In this document: one piece after another, positions 24,904-38,700 of the stretch
Numbering within the stretch: position 1 is the stretch's first letter
Layout: each line of letters starts with the position of its first letter
DNA from: Lama guanicoe
Lineage: Eukaryota
Reading direction: 5' to 3'
NCBI GenBank assembly: GCA_013239625.1
Contig: MU054323.1
Location: forward strand, 20,729,082-20,793,081
DNA: 64,000 bases
Position numbers and translations under genes: made by a program
The notes under the pieces: generated by a model
The model's input: only the letters and a program-made list of their open reading frames with translations
What the model was told of the DNA's origin: nothing
The model's database searches: none

Positions 24904-27645
24904 AGAGGGTGTATGTGAGAAAAACAAAATACATAAAAAACAATCAGAGAGAATATCATGGAGGAGGGGTCCGGAAACATGGAAGGATCTGGCCAGTGAA
25001 TGGACAGAAGGAATTCCAGGCCAGAGAGTTCACTAGAGCAGATACAAAGGTGGGAAAATGCTTGCCACATGCCGGGAAGAATGAAGACCAGAAAATCAAA
25101 TGGGTGCAGCTGACAAGCTCGATGGCTTAGAAACTGGGTCTTGAGTCCCAGCTGGGGCCCACTGCAGCCCATCACGAGCGCCTCTACTCTGGGCTCCCAC
25201 GCGGGCTCACTCCTCCACAGATCGCCTCTGTTCTCGTCATAACAATGACCAAGCACTAGCTGCCTCTTACTGCGGAGCAAGCAGGGGAGTTCATGAAGCA
25301 GTATCCTGGGGTCCACCTCCAGGCCTGAAGGAGGCTGTAAAGAAGGAAACCAGAAAAAGAGAGGGAAAGGAGGCGGGGAGAAGGCAGGTGAGCAGGGGTG
25401 CTGGGGCAGGGGGAAGAGAGGGAGCGGGAAAGCAGTAGAAGAGGGAGAGGAGAAGAGTGTAATGTTCCCATGCCCTGCCACGGTCCCCTTGCTTGTCCAG
25501 CCACACCATGTCCTGGATTTAAAACTCACTTCAAAGCCTGTCATGCAGGAAACCTTTCCTGACTAACCATCAGAAAACAGCCCCTGAGGACAGTCTGAAG
25601 GGCCGATTTGATGGGATTATTTCCTTGACCTTCCTTTGGTCTCCCAGAGATCCCGCTGGCCATCTTTGTAGTCTGAGGCAGTGTGAGACCCTGCGATGGA
25701 ACAGCCCGCAGACCAGACGCCACCTCTCCTTACATTTGGTTCTAAAAGGAAGAGCTGCTGTGGTTAGGAGCAAGGAGGTTACTGTTTTGATGCAGGCCGC
25801 ATTAAGTCATATAAATGTGGAAGTGTAAATGAAATAAATAAAAGGAGCCCGGCTCTCCCTTCTGATTTCCATTTTTACCACAGCCCCCAGCCAAGCAACC
25901 ATCACATGGCATTCTTGGAGAAACAACAGGGGATCTGTTTAAACCAAAATGCCAAACGGTCATGAATTGCAGAATATATATTTTTAAACAAGTAATTTTC
26001 CCCCACTGTAAAATCCAGAACTCAGATCTGCATGCGGGGCCAGCTGGCAGCAGCATGCAGGGCCTGGCTGGCTACCCGGGACTGCTCGTTTACCTTGCCC
26101 TCCCCTAGGGGAGGGGAGGCGGGTGACGGCAGAGCTGCATTTTTATGGTATGTTCCAACTTCCATCCAGCCTTTCTTGGTATGGAGCTTTGCAAGTGTTT
26201 ATACTCACACCCACACATATAAGCTGCCCCATAGGCCTCCTACTTGGATTTTCCTTTTAAAGTGAAGCCATCTTCACGCCCTGCTCTGGTGATTGACCAA
26301 TCTGTATGGAATTCTTACCAAGTTGCCACGCACAAAGCAAGAGACCATGAGCTGTGAGTCTGTCCAGAAAGAGACCAAACATCCCAGCCATGTGCTACAG
26401 AGCACATGGGGCTGCCCCTGGAAAGACAGCTTTTGTTCCTGAGCGATGGAATCTGTGAAAACAGAGGGCCTTAACCACTTTACCAGACAGTCTGCACAAG
26501 GCCCTGGCCTACCTCTAAGTTCAGGGTCCAACCACAGCCACCTCTGCTTCGCTGGGTGTGCCGCTGCTCGGGAGGGAGCCCACGAGCTCAATGCCAAGGC
26601 TTTGCCTCTCCCTCCACGAAGGCTCACCTGACTTTTCAGAGGTCCCCCCGGGGAGCCTCCTACACCCCCAGCGGCCCTCATATTTTTCCATCTTTCTATT
26701 AGGCATCTTTTTCTCATTAATGTACTAACACTCAAGTAATGTGTAGAGAATGAGGAAAAAGAGACCTTGTGTGGGGCATGGGATTTGTTCAAAGCCTGAA
26801 GAAATCATTTTAGAGGGTGTATGTTTTTTATTCCTTTTATGAGAGATGTGTGTTTCCCCCGCTCTGTGACTTGTTTAAAAGTAAAGTTTAATATGCTGCT
26901 GGAGAAATTGCTGGTTAATAACTTAATAAGCAATGTGCTAGGAATTATGGGAGAAAAGTAGTATCCAGGAAAGCTTTTATTATACAGTTTGGGGCTTGGA
27001 GGATATATAGCTATAGTTATTATATAAAATGTTAACACAAGTCTCTTTTCTTTTCAAACCATACTTTCTCCCTAGAATCATAAAAAAAGGATGTATGAGT
27101 GAGGTGAATGAAAGCTTCTAGAAGCTGCATGAGAAGCTGCATGTAGGTCACAGGGGAGAATTTCTAACAGCACCGTGCTAATGTGAACTTGGCAAAGCAC
27201 ATGCCTGGAAATTGGCCTGGGCAATAATAACAATAATATCAATTGCATTTTATTAAAAGTTTTGTCTTCAAAAATATTCTTATTTTATCTTCATAAAATT
27301 CTTAAGGGAGAAGAAAAATAGACATTATTATTCCCACTTTTGTAAATCAACAAAGTAGCTCACGTAGCTCAAGTGACCTACCCCAGATATCAGGGCAAAA
27401 ACCAAGAATAGAATCAAGGTTTTCTGGACAAATTGTATCTAGGTGTCCCAGACACAATCAGATGAAAAGTGAGACACTGTGCCGAACAACTAGAGTATTT
27501 TGGTTTGCAGCCACACGCTCTGGTGTTGTGCCCTGGTAGCCAGTCTAGGGAAGAGCAAGGTTCCAAGCACAGCTGTTCCCGTGAAGGTCAACATAAAAGC
27601 CTGGTTTCAAGATGGCCAATGACGTTGATAAAGACTTAATCATCT

Positions 27646-27787
27646 GGGGGGAGGGTACAGCTCAAGTGGTAGAGCGCATGCTTAGCATACACAAGGTCTT
27701 GGGTTCAATCCCCAGTATCTCCTCCAAAACTAAATAAGTTAACCTAATTTAATTTCAGTTTTAGTAAACTAAATAAGTAACCCCCCC
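27646..27787 (+). mobile_element. tRNA-derived SINE (camelid type)
   Basis: ggggggagggtacagctcaagtggtagagcgcatgcttagcatacacaaggtcttgggttcaatcccc; imperfect TSD aagactta at 27631 and 27788. Confidence 0.9.
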
Positions 27788-30700
27788 AAGACTTATCTAA
27801 CAATAAATATTCCCTATATTTACTTAGCTCTTTTTATACTTGCCTACCCATTACTCACCACGTCCTCCCCTACCCTCATCTATTTCCCATTTTAGAGCTT
27901 CCAACTTAACAGATAAAAGCGGAGGCCCAAAGAAGTTAAGAGGCCAGACATCACTGGCTAGCAGCTGAGTAGGGGCCAGGACCCTCGAGTGGACCCCGCC
28001 TCCCCTCCACCTCAGTGGGGTGCGTTCACAGCTAGAGCCTTTTCTCTTCACCCAGCGCCACTCAGAGTGACTCTCCCCGTGGTCACGTAGAACACAGGGC
28101 CTTTGGGCTGGTGAGGGTCCCTTCCGGCTCAAAGGGGAATATGTTCCTCAGTGCATGTGGAAAGCTCTTTCCAGAGGCCTGCAGGCCAGGCCAACCACTG
28201 AGGAAGCCTGGGCATCACTGGCAGCTGAGGGGACGAAGGATGGTGCAGCTTCAGAAGGTCTCTCTCAAAGCTGCTCCCTTGGCCCATTCATGTAAGACCT
28301 GCCCACATGCCCCACAAGCCATTCGAGGGCCGGCCTGAAGCCTGGCCACACAGGACAAATGTACCAGAGCTGAGGACACAGGAGCAGGAAGCTGAGTGAG
28401 GCCTACAGAAGTGCTCCCAACAGGTCTGAGAAAACCAGCCCTGAAGTTACTGACTTCAGTTAAAGGCACCGCCTCCAGAAGATCACTGCTGAAAACGACC
28501 CAGAGGAATGAACTTATCTACTTACTAGCACTTGGTAACACGTTAGCATGGTCTGCTGGTACTACCAAGCAGCAGTCAGCCAGATGAAAGTGGATTTCTG
28601 AGGAAAGGATCTAGAAATCATAAATTTTGATGGCAAGAAAGTTTAGTGCATGGGGCCCTGTCCAAGGAGGACAGCCTGTCAGAAAGGGCCTTGGGCAGCC
28701 CAGGGGCCTGAGGTAACAGTATTTTCTATGAGGATGATCAGGTTGCAGCAGAGGAAGCAGGTGGATCAGAAACAAAAATCAAATGTGCTGTTAACGTCCC
28801 TAATCTGGGCTATCTTCAGAGCCAGACACATCTGTCAAGTAGGGAGAAGTCACCTGCTCCCTTGTGTCTGTTTCCCCATCTATAAATATTGGTTTGGATT
28901 AGATCCTTGTTTTGAAACAGGGATTCAGGGTGCTCTTCTTAGTCCCTTTTGGGGCTCCCAATGGCTGAGAAGCTCTGTGGGTGGGCCTCCAGGCCCCCAT
29001 CTCAACTTGCACCATATTTGCCATCTCTATTATCTTGAACATCTTGAACTTCCACTTAAGCTTCTGTTTGAAGAAAGGATTCCACTGGATTAGATGATCT
29101 CTAAGTTCCCTTTCCTGCTATAAACTCCGTGGTTCTACAGTCCTCGTAGCAATGCTGGGCAGACAATAGCCATGCAGTCTAAAATGCACACAAGCAGCAT
29201 CTCTGTTCCCGTTACTAGCTGCCCAGGCAGGCAACAGGGGCTTCCAGGTGCCAGCCGGAGCTGGTCAGTTGCTACTAGGGAGCTTTTATTAACCTCCAGG
29301 AGGGCTGGGAATTTTGCTGATCATTGAGGGAGGCTGGAAAGATTTAACATACTCCTCAGTGTATCTCTTGTGCACAGAGACAGCAGCCTATTTACCAGTG
29401 TAAGCCTGAGCTTACTGACTTCCTATGAACTCTTGGATCAGACCCAAATTCCTCTGGCTGACATTTAAGGCCTGCCATGACTGGTCTCTTATCAAATCTT
29501 GCACTGCTCTCCAAACACACCATGTCTTCTTCGGCTCTATCCCCTCGCTGGTCCACAATACATCACACGCATCCTCCCCAGCATGCCACTGCACATGCTG
29601 TCCGCCATCTTGACCTGCTCCTTTCCCACCACTTTTGGTGTTTCCGAATCACACCCATGCTCGAAGACCCAGTTCAAATACCTAACTCCCCTTGAAAGCC
29701 TCCCTGGCTATCTCAGTCCACACTTTTTCCTGAATTCTTATACTTATTATATGTACTACAGAACTAGAATTCTGTATGAATGTCACCGTTGGTTGTTTCC
29801 CATGGATAAGCTCTTTTCAACTAGACTGGCTCATAACTAAACTCTGACAAGACAGATTCCATTTTATATGCCTAAAGTGGTCCCCATGATGCTGAGCATC
29901 GTGACTAAGATCCCTTCCTTTGTACTTGGGCAATGAGACCTTCACAACTTACTTAGCAACATAGGCTCTATATGAGTATAAACTCACTTGATCTCCTATC
30001 GATTTAACATTATCTACCAGTTAAATCTCACCTAGTCTTTAAAGACTTCTCCCTTCTCCTAGGAGACTTCCTCAACATTCCAACCCCCACTAGCTGGCTC
30101 CTGTAATACACTTTGACCTCATTCCAGCATTTATCAAATTCTTCCTTGTTTACAGTTAATTAAATCCATACCTGTCTTATTCACATGGTTTTTGAAATAG
30201 GGACAATATCATTCATCTCTATATTCCCCACTGTGCCTCCGACACTGCCTTCTTTGTACTATGTGTGAATCTGAATTGGCTTGGATTAATTAGGAATGGC
30301 TCAGTGAAGGTAACCAGGGTGCTCATTTACTCAAATGATGGAACATGTCACATTCTAGGGGAACCCCCCCCCACTATATTAGAGTTTTACATAATATTAT
30401 GAAAACGTGTTGAGGCCATTTAAAACCTGCATCCCTTGCAAGCTGGGCAATGATAACGTTACCTGAATCTTCCAATAGCAATACCCCAAGAAGCCAACGT
30501 CTACATGTGGCGCAAGATGGAGATTCTGAGCCCTTTATCAAACTAACTACCATCTCCAGGTTAGGTCTGCAGATTTCCATATTTAAAAAGTAGAAAGTTG
30601 GGGGTTGAATTCTTGATGTGCAGTTGCATAAAAGAACTATTTTTATTTCTCACTGTAACATGAAGAAGCTTTGATCTCGGGCAACTTGCTCAAAGGCTCA

Positions 30701-32544
30701 GTTTAACACACTGATCACTTCTGACTGCTTTTACCTGACTGGCTTCCATAAGCTCAGCCTGTCAACAAGAAATACCTCCTATATTCTCAAGCTTCACTTC
30801 TTAAACAGCTTATTCCTTTAAGACTTGACATATTTTTAAAAGGAAAAGCTAATCAAGAAAATGTTTTTCACCTTGTCCATTGGTTTGGGTTGAAATGTAC
30901 TAACTTAATGTTTCTCTCTGTTTTGAAAAAATACAAACAGGATCTCATCCCGAGATATCATGACCTTGAACATTCCTGAGAAGTCTGAAAGGGAAGCAAA
31001 CAAATGTCAACACGCTTGGGTCTAAAATACACCAACTTCATTTCTCTCATCATTCAAATATGCACGAGGCTCAGAGAGACTTTGAATAGGCTGAGCTGGG
31101 GGATTAAAGAAGGGTCCCGATGAGAATCTCCCTCCCCGGTAAAATCTGGAGGTTGAAAGAAAAGCAGTTAAAAAGGGGTGGGGGAGTACTGGGAAAACTT
31201 TTATTCTGAAAAAAAGACAAGGAGCATAGAAGAGACAAACCAAAAGCAAGCCCAACCCCCAGCAATGCCTGGAAACTTGCTATGTAAGTAACCATCCCTG
31301 TTAAGACTTGCTTCCCTTAAAGTTTTGGCAGGGACCACAAATGATAGCCTTAAAATGCCACATGATCATCCGAGTATTTTAACAATCCATCTCAGCTGGA
31401 CTCGTTTCAGCAGCATGGGAGTGCAACGCAACCTGCAACTGTGGCAAAGGACTGAGGCCCCTCCGAGGAGTTGTGAAAGAAGGACCTCTTCCTTGGGGAG
31501 GGAACCAGTCCAGGCGGCATGAGGGAATTGGGAGGAACTAAGGGACAGTGGGAAAATGCAATTGGACCTAAATCCCAGGATTTCTGCCTGGGAAGTGTAG
31601 TCTCTCGTGTGAATAAATCTGGTGGTTAGAAAATAAATGCTGTCTTCAGCTGTAAAGCAAAACAGAACCCTAAACCAGGACTTCTGCAGCTGGCCACAGA
31701 CCCCCCTGGGGCAGAACTGGGATTGTCACACAAAAGCAAGCCCTAGCTTTGTCTCTATAAGCACATTTTCCTTACATACTTAAATCCCAGGCCTTCAAGG
31801 AGCATACCATCTCGGCTTAGTGGGGTCCAGTAAGAATGAAGGAAAATGGGGAGAACAGATTAGAGTATGGATAAGGGGTGGACAGGGAAGGAGATACAGC
31901 AGCGACTGGAAGTTTAAGTACCAGGGAGATGGAGGAGTGAATAGGGGGTGTCAGGAGCACTGGTGGGAAGCTGCATAGGGGAGTGGATGGGTCAATCAGT
32001 TAATACTTTTTGCAAATAAGAATTACCTTGGGGTAACATACCATTAGGTCCAGCATGAAGAGGAGATCCACAACAAACATAAGCTCCTTCCATCACCTCT
32101 TCCCCAATCAGCACTGTTTTATTCAAACATTTATTTCCCAAGTTTGCTTTCCTAGTGACCTTGGGACCTGCTCTTGTATTCCTGAGAGCCTGTTTTTCCC
32201 ACCAGAATATCAGCCTGTTATTTTCAAGATGATAAATATGCACTGCATGTCAACAAAGCCTGCGTCCTACCCCAGGCACTGAGTCCATTAGGATGGCTGC
32301 CCGAATCAGGGAGTGTGGACTCCCTACAGAGAGCACTGGGGCCAGGTGGTCCCTCAGTGCAGGTCATCCCAGGTGGATAGGGAAAGAATTCTGGGCTTAC
32401 TCCTTCCGTAGCCTCAGCCTCTCCTATGGCTCCAGGCGCCAATCATAAGCCCTGAGACTGAGGGTGTAGAGGTGGGAGTATTTCAGGGGAGGCAGCAGGA
32501 TGATCACGGTGGCTGACTCTCTGACCCCTGAACTTCAAAACAGG

Positions 32545-32728
32545 TACTGTCTCTCCGAACCAGCAGTATCAAAATCACCTCAGAGTGTGTCAGAAAAGCA
32601 GAATCTCAGGCTCCACTCCAGACCGACTGAATGGGAGCTGCATTTTTTTTTTTGGGAGCCTTCATTTTAAGGAGACCCCCCCAAAATGACTCGTGTGCAC
32701 CTTAAGGTCTGAGAAGCACCGTTGTAGA
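32545..32728. mobile_element. MER5-family element
   Basis: ccagcagtatcaaaatcacc...gcagaatctcaggctccactccagaccgactgaat...ctgagaagcac. Similar relics at ~3775-3930, ~33530-33660 and ~57085-57250. Confidence 0.72.
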
Positions 32729-33699
32729 CAGTGCTTAAGATACCACCATTCAAATCCCTGATACAAAAACACTGGATAGATGGAGGCAATGTTGTCCAGT
32801 AGAAAGAGCCTGACAAGGAGCGGGGAGTTAAGCCCTGAACAAACATTAGTTATTGTCAGGTAGTTGTACCTGGTCTGCTGCGTGAAAATGGGCAAATCCC
32901 CTGACCTCTCTGGGCTGCACTTTCCCAAATGCGTGGGGATAGGAGGGGACTACAATAAACTTGATGACTCTTTCTAGGTCTGTGATTCTATTTGTCAAGA
33001 CCCTGTTCTGTTGTCCTCTCTACACTGAAGTAGGGATTTTAATAAGTAGTTGCTATATTTAACATAGGTTGGCATACAGCACGGCTTAATAAATATTTGT
33101 TGAGTGAAGTGATACAAGTGTAGTCTATTCTATTTAAGCGTCACCACAAAAAATGAAAATACGCCATGAGCTTCCAGGACAACCAACCACACCAGAGTAT
33201 CAAGTTTAAATGGCACTTCTGAGGGCAACTGACCTGTCTTGCTACGGTAGCTTTTAAGCAAACCAACCCCAGAAATTTGCTCTTATGTGAAACTACACAA
33301 TGGCAAGGACCCTCACTCTGGCACGCCCGTGGAGCTGAATTTTCATGGTTACATCTCCTGGGCAGCAGGCTGGAGGAACAGTCATTCCCTCTTTCTTGAC
33401 TCAATCTCTGGCAATTGGAAGAACTGCCAACAGTCAGAAGAAAAATACAAGTGCCCTCTAGCATGCCTGCTCCTCCTTCACCCTCTCCCTTAAGGAGCTG
33501 GGAGGCACAAGAATACACAGGAAAACATCAGCAGTTCTCAGTCTGATGGCATTTTAGAATCTCCTGGAGAGTTATAAAACTACCAGTGCTTGGGTCAGAC
33601 CTTCAACCAAAAAATCAGAAATTCTGGAGGTGAGGACTGTAGCCATTGGCACTAAGAACTATTGCCTGGAGTGAAAACTCACCATCGGTCAGTCTGGTA

Positions 33700-34062
33700 C
33701 TTCATAAATGCCAGTGCCAAGAGTCACAGACTTCTCATGTGGGAGCTGGGCAGGCTACCTCACGAGGGCAGTGGCTGGGAGGAGACAGCAGGCAAGTACA
33801 GAGAGTGTGTGCTGTCGAGAGAGGGAGGCCAATACCTAGCAGCCACGTGGGAATCCGAGCCTGGTGATGCCAGAACTTCTGGCTTTTCAGAAGAAGCTGG
33901 GAATCCTAATCTACTGTGAAATTTACTGATTTTTAAATGCCAGTAACTGATTTTTAAATATATATATATATATACACACATATATATTTAAACCCTGCTC
34001 GAGTCAAACAAAACATGCCTATGGCCAATTTAATCCAATGCATTGTCAGTGTGACCCTCTGG
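33700..34062. mobile_element. MER102/Charlie4-like hAT element
   Basis: gatgccagaacttctggcttttcagaagaagctgggaatcc...tgtgaaatttactgatttttaaatg...caaacaaaacatgcct. Confidence 0.6.
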
Positions 34063-34959
34063 TTGAGAGTGCATAGTATACCAGACCTGAGCACCGCTCT
34101 GTGGAGAGCCCAGGGGAAGTTCCTTAACTAAGTTGAGTCAATAAAATGCTAACATATGGCAGCTTCTGTGCTGAAATGTAGGAAGTGAAAACTGAAGGGA
34201 AAAAAAAACCCCAAAACAAAAAAACAACAACAAAAAACCATACTCATTGGACGTATCTGTTAATTCATGCCAAGCTGAAATGCTGACTGCACCAGCTTTG
34301 TCTCCCTAATTGTTTTCACCGTAGAAAAGCAGATTTGCTGATATTAAGCGAGATTTGAGAAAAGTTAATGAAATAATATTTACAAATCTCCTAAAACAGA
34401 GCTTGGCACACAGAAGGCATCCAAAAAGCAAAAATTTCCTTCATCTAATTTTTAAGATCTTAGTTAAAATTCTGGTGGAGGTGTCCTGAGCACTGTTGGT
34501 GGGAAGATGAACTGACACAACTCTTCTGGAAATCAATATGGCAAAGATCAAAAAAATTCTCCTATCCTCTTAACTTATTTTATGCCTGGAAATAAAATCT
34601 TAGGCAATAACCCACAATCACACAGAACCTCTCTCTCTTTCTCTTACACACACACACACACACACAGATTTTCACTGGAATGTTATTTATGACATTAAAA
34701 AACGGGAAAGAAACTGAATGGCCAGCAATGGAACAATGGTAAGGTAAACCTAATGACTGATTATTCAGGTGACAGAAATATGTTACCTTTAACAAACGAT
34801 TTTTCAAAGTTTTTTTTCTTAATACAAAAATGGGCAAAAGCATTGTATTTTTAGAGATGTAAAAATCGTAAAACTAGAAAGAAAAGCAAAGAAATAATTA
34901 TCATAAAAAGTTAGGATAATGATAACCTCTGAGGAATGACAGAGTACAAAGGGTTTTTG

Positions 34960-35050
34960 TTTTTGTTTGTAATGGAGGTACTGGGGATTGAATCCAGGAC
35001 CTGTGCGTGCTAAAAGCACATGCTCTACCACTGAGTTATACCAAACCCCC
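34960..35050 (-). mobile_element. tRNA-derived SINE (camelid type)
   Basis: ggaggtactggggattgaatccaggacc...atgctctaccactgagttatacc is the reverse complement of the SINE head. Confidence 0.88.
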
Positions 35051-35089
35051 AAGGTTTTTTGGGTTTTTTTGTAATGTTTGCCATTAAAA

Positions 35090-35705
35090 TTTTGTTTTAA
35101 TTATGATAAAGTAAAGTATAAAGTTTCCATCTTAATTAACCATTCTAAGTGCACAGTGCAGGAGTTCAGGAGTGTTAAGTACATTTACACTGTTGTATCA
35201 TCAACCTCCAGAACTCTTTTCATCTTATAAAACTAAAACTCTGTTAGTTGAACACTAACCCTTTAGCTCCCTTCCCCCCAGCCCCTGGCAACCACCATTC
35301 CACTTTCCATCCCAGTGAATTTGACTACTCTAGGAACCTTACATAAGTAGATCACATAGTCTTTGTCTTTTATGATTGGCTTATTTCACTTAGCACAATG
35401 TCTTCCAGGTTCATCCATGTTATACTGTGTTCTAGAATTGCCTTCATTTTCAAGGCTGAATAATATTCTATTGTCCATATATACCACATTTTGTTTACCC
35501 ATTCATCCATCAATGGATATTTGGGTTACTTCTATCTTTTGGCTATTGTGAATAATGCAACTAGAACACATACAACTATCTCTTTAAGACTGCTTTCAAT
35601 TCATTTGGGTCTATTCTCACAAGTGGAATTGCTGGGTCACATGGTCATTCTATTTTTAATTTTTTGAGGAAACACCATACTATTTTCCATAGCAGCTACA
35701 CCATA
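35090..35705 (-). mobile_element. L1MB-type 3' end
   Basis: cccccagcccctggcaaccaccattccactttc..., ttggcttatttcacttagcacaatgtcttccaggttcatccatgtt..., ggaattgctgggtcacatgg. Confidence 0.88.
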
Positions 35706-38700
35706 AAGAGTTTTTAATAATAAGAGCAAACACTTTCATGATACTGTTAAGTGGGAAAAGTAAGCTATAATTTACATACATACAGCATAATCTCAATACA
35801 TTAAAAAAAAAAGCTTAGGAAAAAAGATTAAGTGGCTGCAGCATACATAAAACTGTTAACCAATAGTAGTGAGTTCCACTGGATGTTGGTAAGAGTAGAC
35901 TTATATTCTCTTCTTTTCTCTAACTTTCTATGATAAGTAGACACTACACTGGCAGTCAGAAAAAAGGGGGGGTGGGAATTCAGTAGGACATTTTTCTTCC
36001 TGGTTATCACATCATCCATCGCACGGAGTCTGATAGTCCATATAGTTCACCACATTTACTAAAAGGAAACACACACACAGTTTTTTCCTTTTATAACCAA
36101 AGGCAACGCTAGATAACCAAACTGATTTCTAAAAAATTTTAAGCCCCAAACAATAGTAATTCCAACTCTCCGTCAAAGTAAATAAATCTTTTCTCGTCTT
36201 ACTCTTACTTGACAGGGCTTTTTACAAGTTCTTCCTTTCCAGGCAGGGCCTGTGATCCAGCTGGGACAGCAGAGCTGGAATCTGCACTCAGCAAGGGTAG
36301 CAGACCAGGCCATGAGCGGGACTGAGACGACTTCCTCTTCGATGGTGCCCACGGCCAGCGTCTCCAGGCCAGCAGCTGACCCCTATTCTCACTTAGTTTC
36401 TGGCCTAGGTCAGCTTAGTTTTCCTTCAGTATTTCGGAAACTGCCTTTGCACCAGGAGAGAGACAGTAAACTGGATTGAGGAGAGAGGGATGGAGGAATA
36501 AGGGGAAGGAAGGGACTTGAAGGATTAATGAGCTGATTTCCATAAAGTCTCTGACATCTCGGAATGAAAAGCGGCCTGTAAGAGCAGAAGTCCAGTCCTC
36601 TGCTCAGGCTGTGTTGCCAGCTGGCCATTCATCACCAAAAATTCCCCAGCAAATCCATGCCCATTGCTTAATCACCTCATATAAATCCCTATTAATCTCG
36701 CAAAGTCAAAACACAAATATATGACAAAAGTCTTTATTTTATGTGCCCTCAATTTCAGGGTCAAAACTTTAAAAACTGAATTGGTCATCCAATGGCTCCA
36801 ATGAATTTTTTTTAACCTTTTTTTTTCAGAATTAAAGAACAAATAAATGACACCTTCACTGATGTTTTTGTACTTACTGGACTGAATAAACTCAAGCTAA
36901 TGATCAAATAAACTGAAGAAGGAAAAAGGTGTTGGTGCTAAAATTTAAACCAACTTTTTTTTTTTGCAGTAACATTAATGTTTCATCACTATATTTAAAA
37001 GATACAGAAAATCCTTAGTAGGCACAAAGGAACATTTATTCCTCTTTCATTTGTAAATTGCTAGGGACATAAAGGAGCCTCTTTGCAGCAGCAGAGTTTG
37101 GAACACCCAGCACTGTGATGCCTTTCAGGGAAAAAAGGCAGATGAGAATGTGAAGAGGCACTGCTAGGACCCAGAAGGGCTCATCTGAGCCTGGGACTCC
37201 CAGCGCCAACAAACACCTCCTGGGACAACACTCTCAGAGGACCTCAAGGACAGGGCAGGCATGTGACAGGCTGAGGCTTCATCACTTACATCCGATTCTA
37301 TACTTTCCTATTCAGGAACCTCAAGGTTATCCTGTCAGTGATGTGGATAATCCAGAAAAACTGACGCGTGGCTTTGGGAAGGAAGCACTGTGCTCTGGCC
37401 ATGTGTTTTCCTCCCAAACTCTATTCCAGGCTCTGAACACATCCTGATTAATATGGTAAAAGTGTGTTGGGGAGCAAGAGGAAGCCTCGCGTTACAGACC
37501 ACCCATGGAGTATAAAGTTCACACTTGGATAATAAAGAGTTGACTGAGCTGGAAACATAAAAGTGGCTTTCCTAGACTCTGGGCAAGGAAGGTGGAAACC
37601 AAACCGGGCGAATTTCAGTGATTCATGCCTTTGTTTTCTAGAGCTGGAAAATCATGGAGAAAAATCAGAGCGCGGGAAGAGGCAGATGATGATGATGAAA
37701 AGACTGGTTAGAAAATTAAATTGTAACAGGGACCACAGGGAAAGCCAGGAGGACTTCTCTGGGTGAAGAGGAGGCTGGTGGCTCCTCTGTCACCCACCTT
37801 TAGGTGCTGCACAGCACGAAGGTTCATTCAGACGGTTGGCCTGTTACTCCGTCTCCTCCTTCCCACGGACTTCCCTGACTTAGGAAGCCAGCAGATGATG
37901 AATTTCTATAAGACCCATCAAAGACTAGCAAACTAAGGGGGCAGAAATCCCTTCCTTTAAGAACAAGAGATTCGCCAGCCCTGGATGGAAGCAGGTCTTC
38001 CAGTAGGTTGGATTTCCTGACTTCCTGATCCCCAGAAACAATAGCGAGGAGGACCTGGTCTGCTAATTGGTAAACAGATGAGAGCACAAATGTGATCACA
38101 ATTCTCTGTTCCCCTAAAAAAGGCATCTTGGGAAGTTGTCTAAAAGCCTCACAAAAGGCAAATGGTTCTGGGCTCAGGGAAGCAGTTTATGGTCAATCAA
38201 CTCCTACTCTCTAAATAAAAGAGAGAAAACAAAAATTGGACTGAAAATGAGAGGCTAACCATCACTTGACTGGTATTTCAGACACTAGAGAATTTCTCCA
38301 GCAGTATCCTTGGCCAAAGCCATAGGTACTAAGACAGACATGGACACTCTTGTTTCCACCCACTGAGAAATTCTTCACTGGCTCCCTTTTACCTAAAGGT
38401 TTCCTTTAGGACCTTTCACCGTGTGGCTTTCTAGTATCTCCTCATCCCCATTCTCTGCCACATGTACCTTATACTGGTTCAATGTCAACCCCCTCCCCTG
38501 CCCTGACCCCACTAACCCCTGCCTCTCCTCTGGGCATCCCCTGTACCTCCTACACACACTGGTTATCATACTCACCGCATTCAATGAAAATTATTTATTT
38601 ACACATCCTTCTCACCTCCTGGATGGGAGCTCCTTGAAGGCAGGACTAGTCCCTTCTCTACCATGGCATCCCTAACACAAAGGCTGTCACGTAGCCTATG

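Noticed and set aside
24771..25544. Longest ORF in the track (257 aa, minus strand)
   Set aside because: Low-complexity Pro/Ser/Phe sequence produced by a purine tract and (GGT)n; no recognisable domain.
27646..27725. tRNA-Ala-like sequence (also at 9739, 10252, 34960, 43760, 44090)
   Set aside because: These have tails, TSDs and degenerate stems; they are SINEs, not tRNA genes.
30900..31000. Acceptor-like sequences on both strands
   Set aside because: No convincing donor or THADA-like peptide, and the two real exons already join contiguously in frame.
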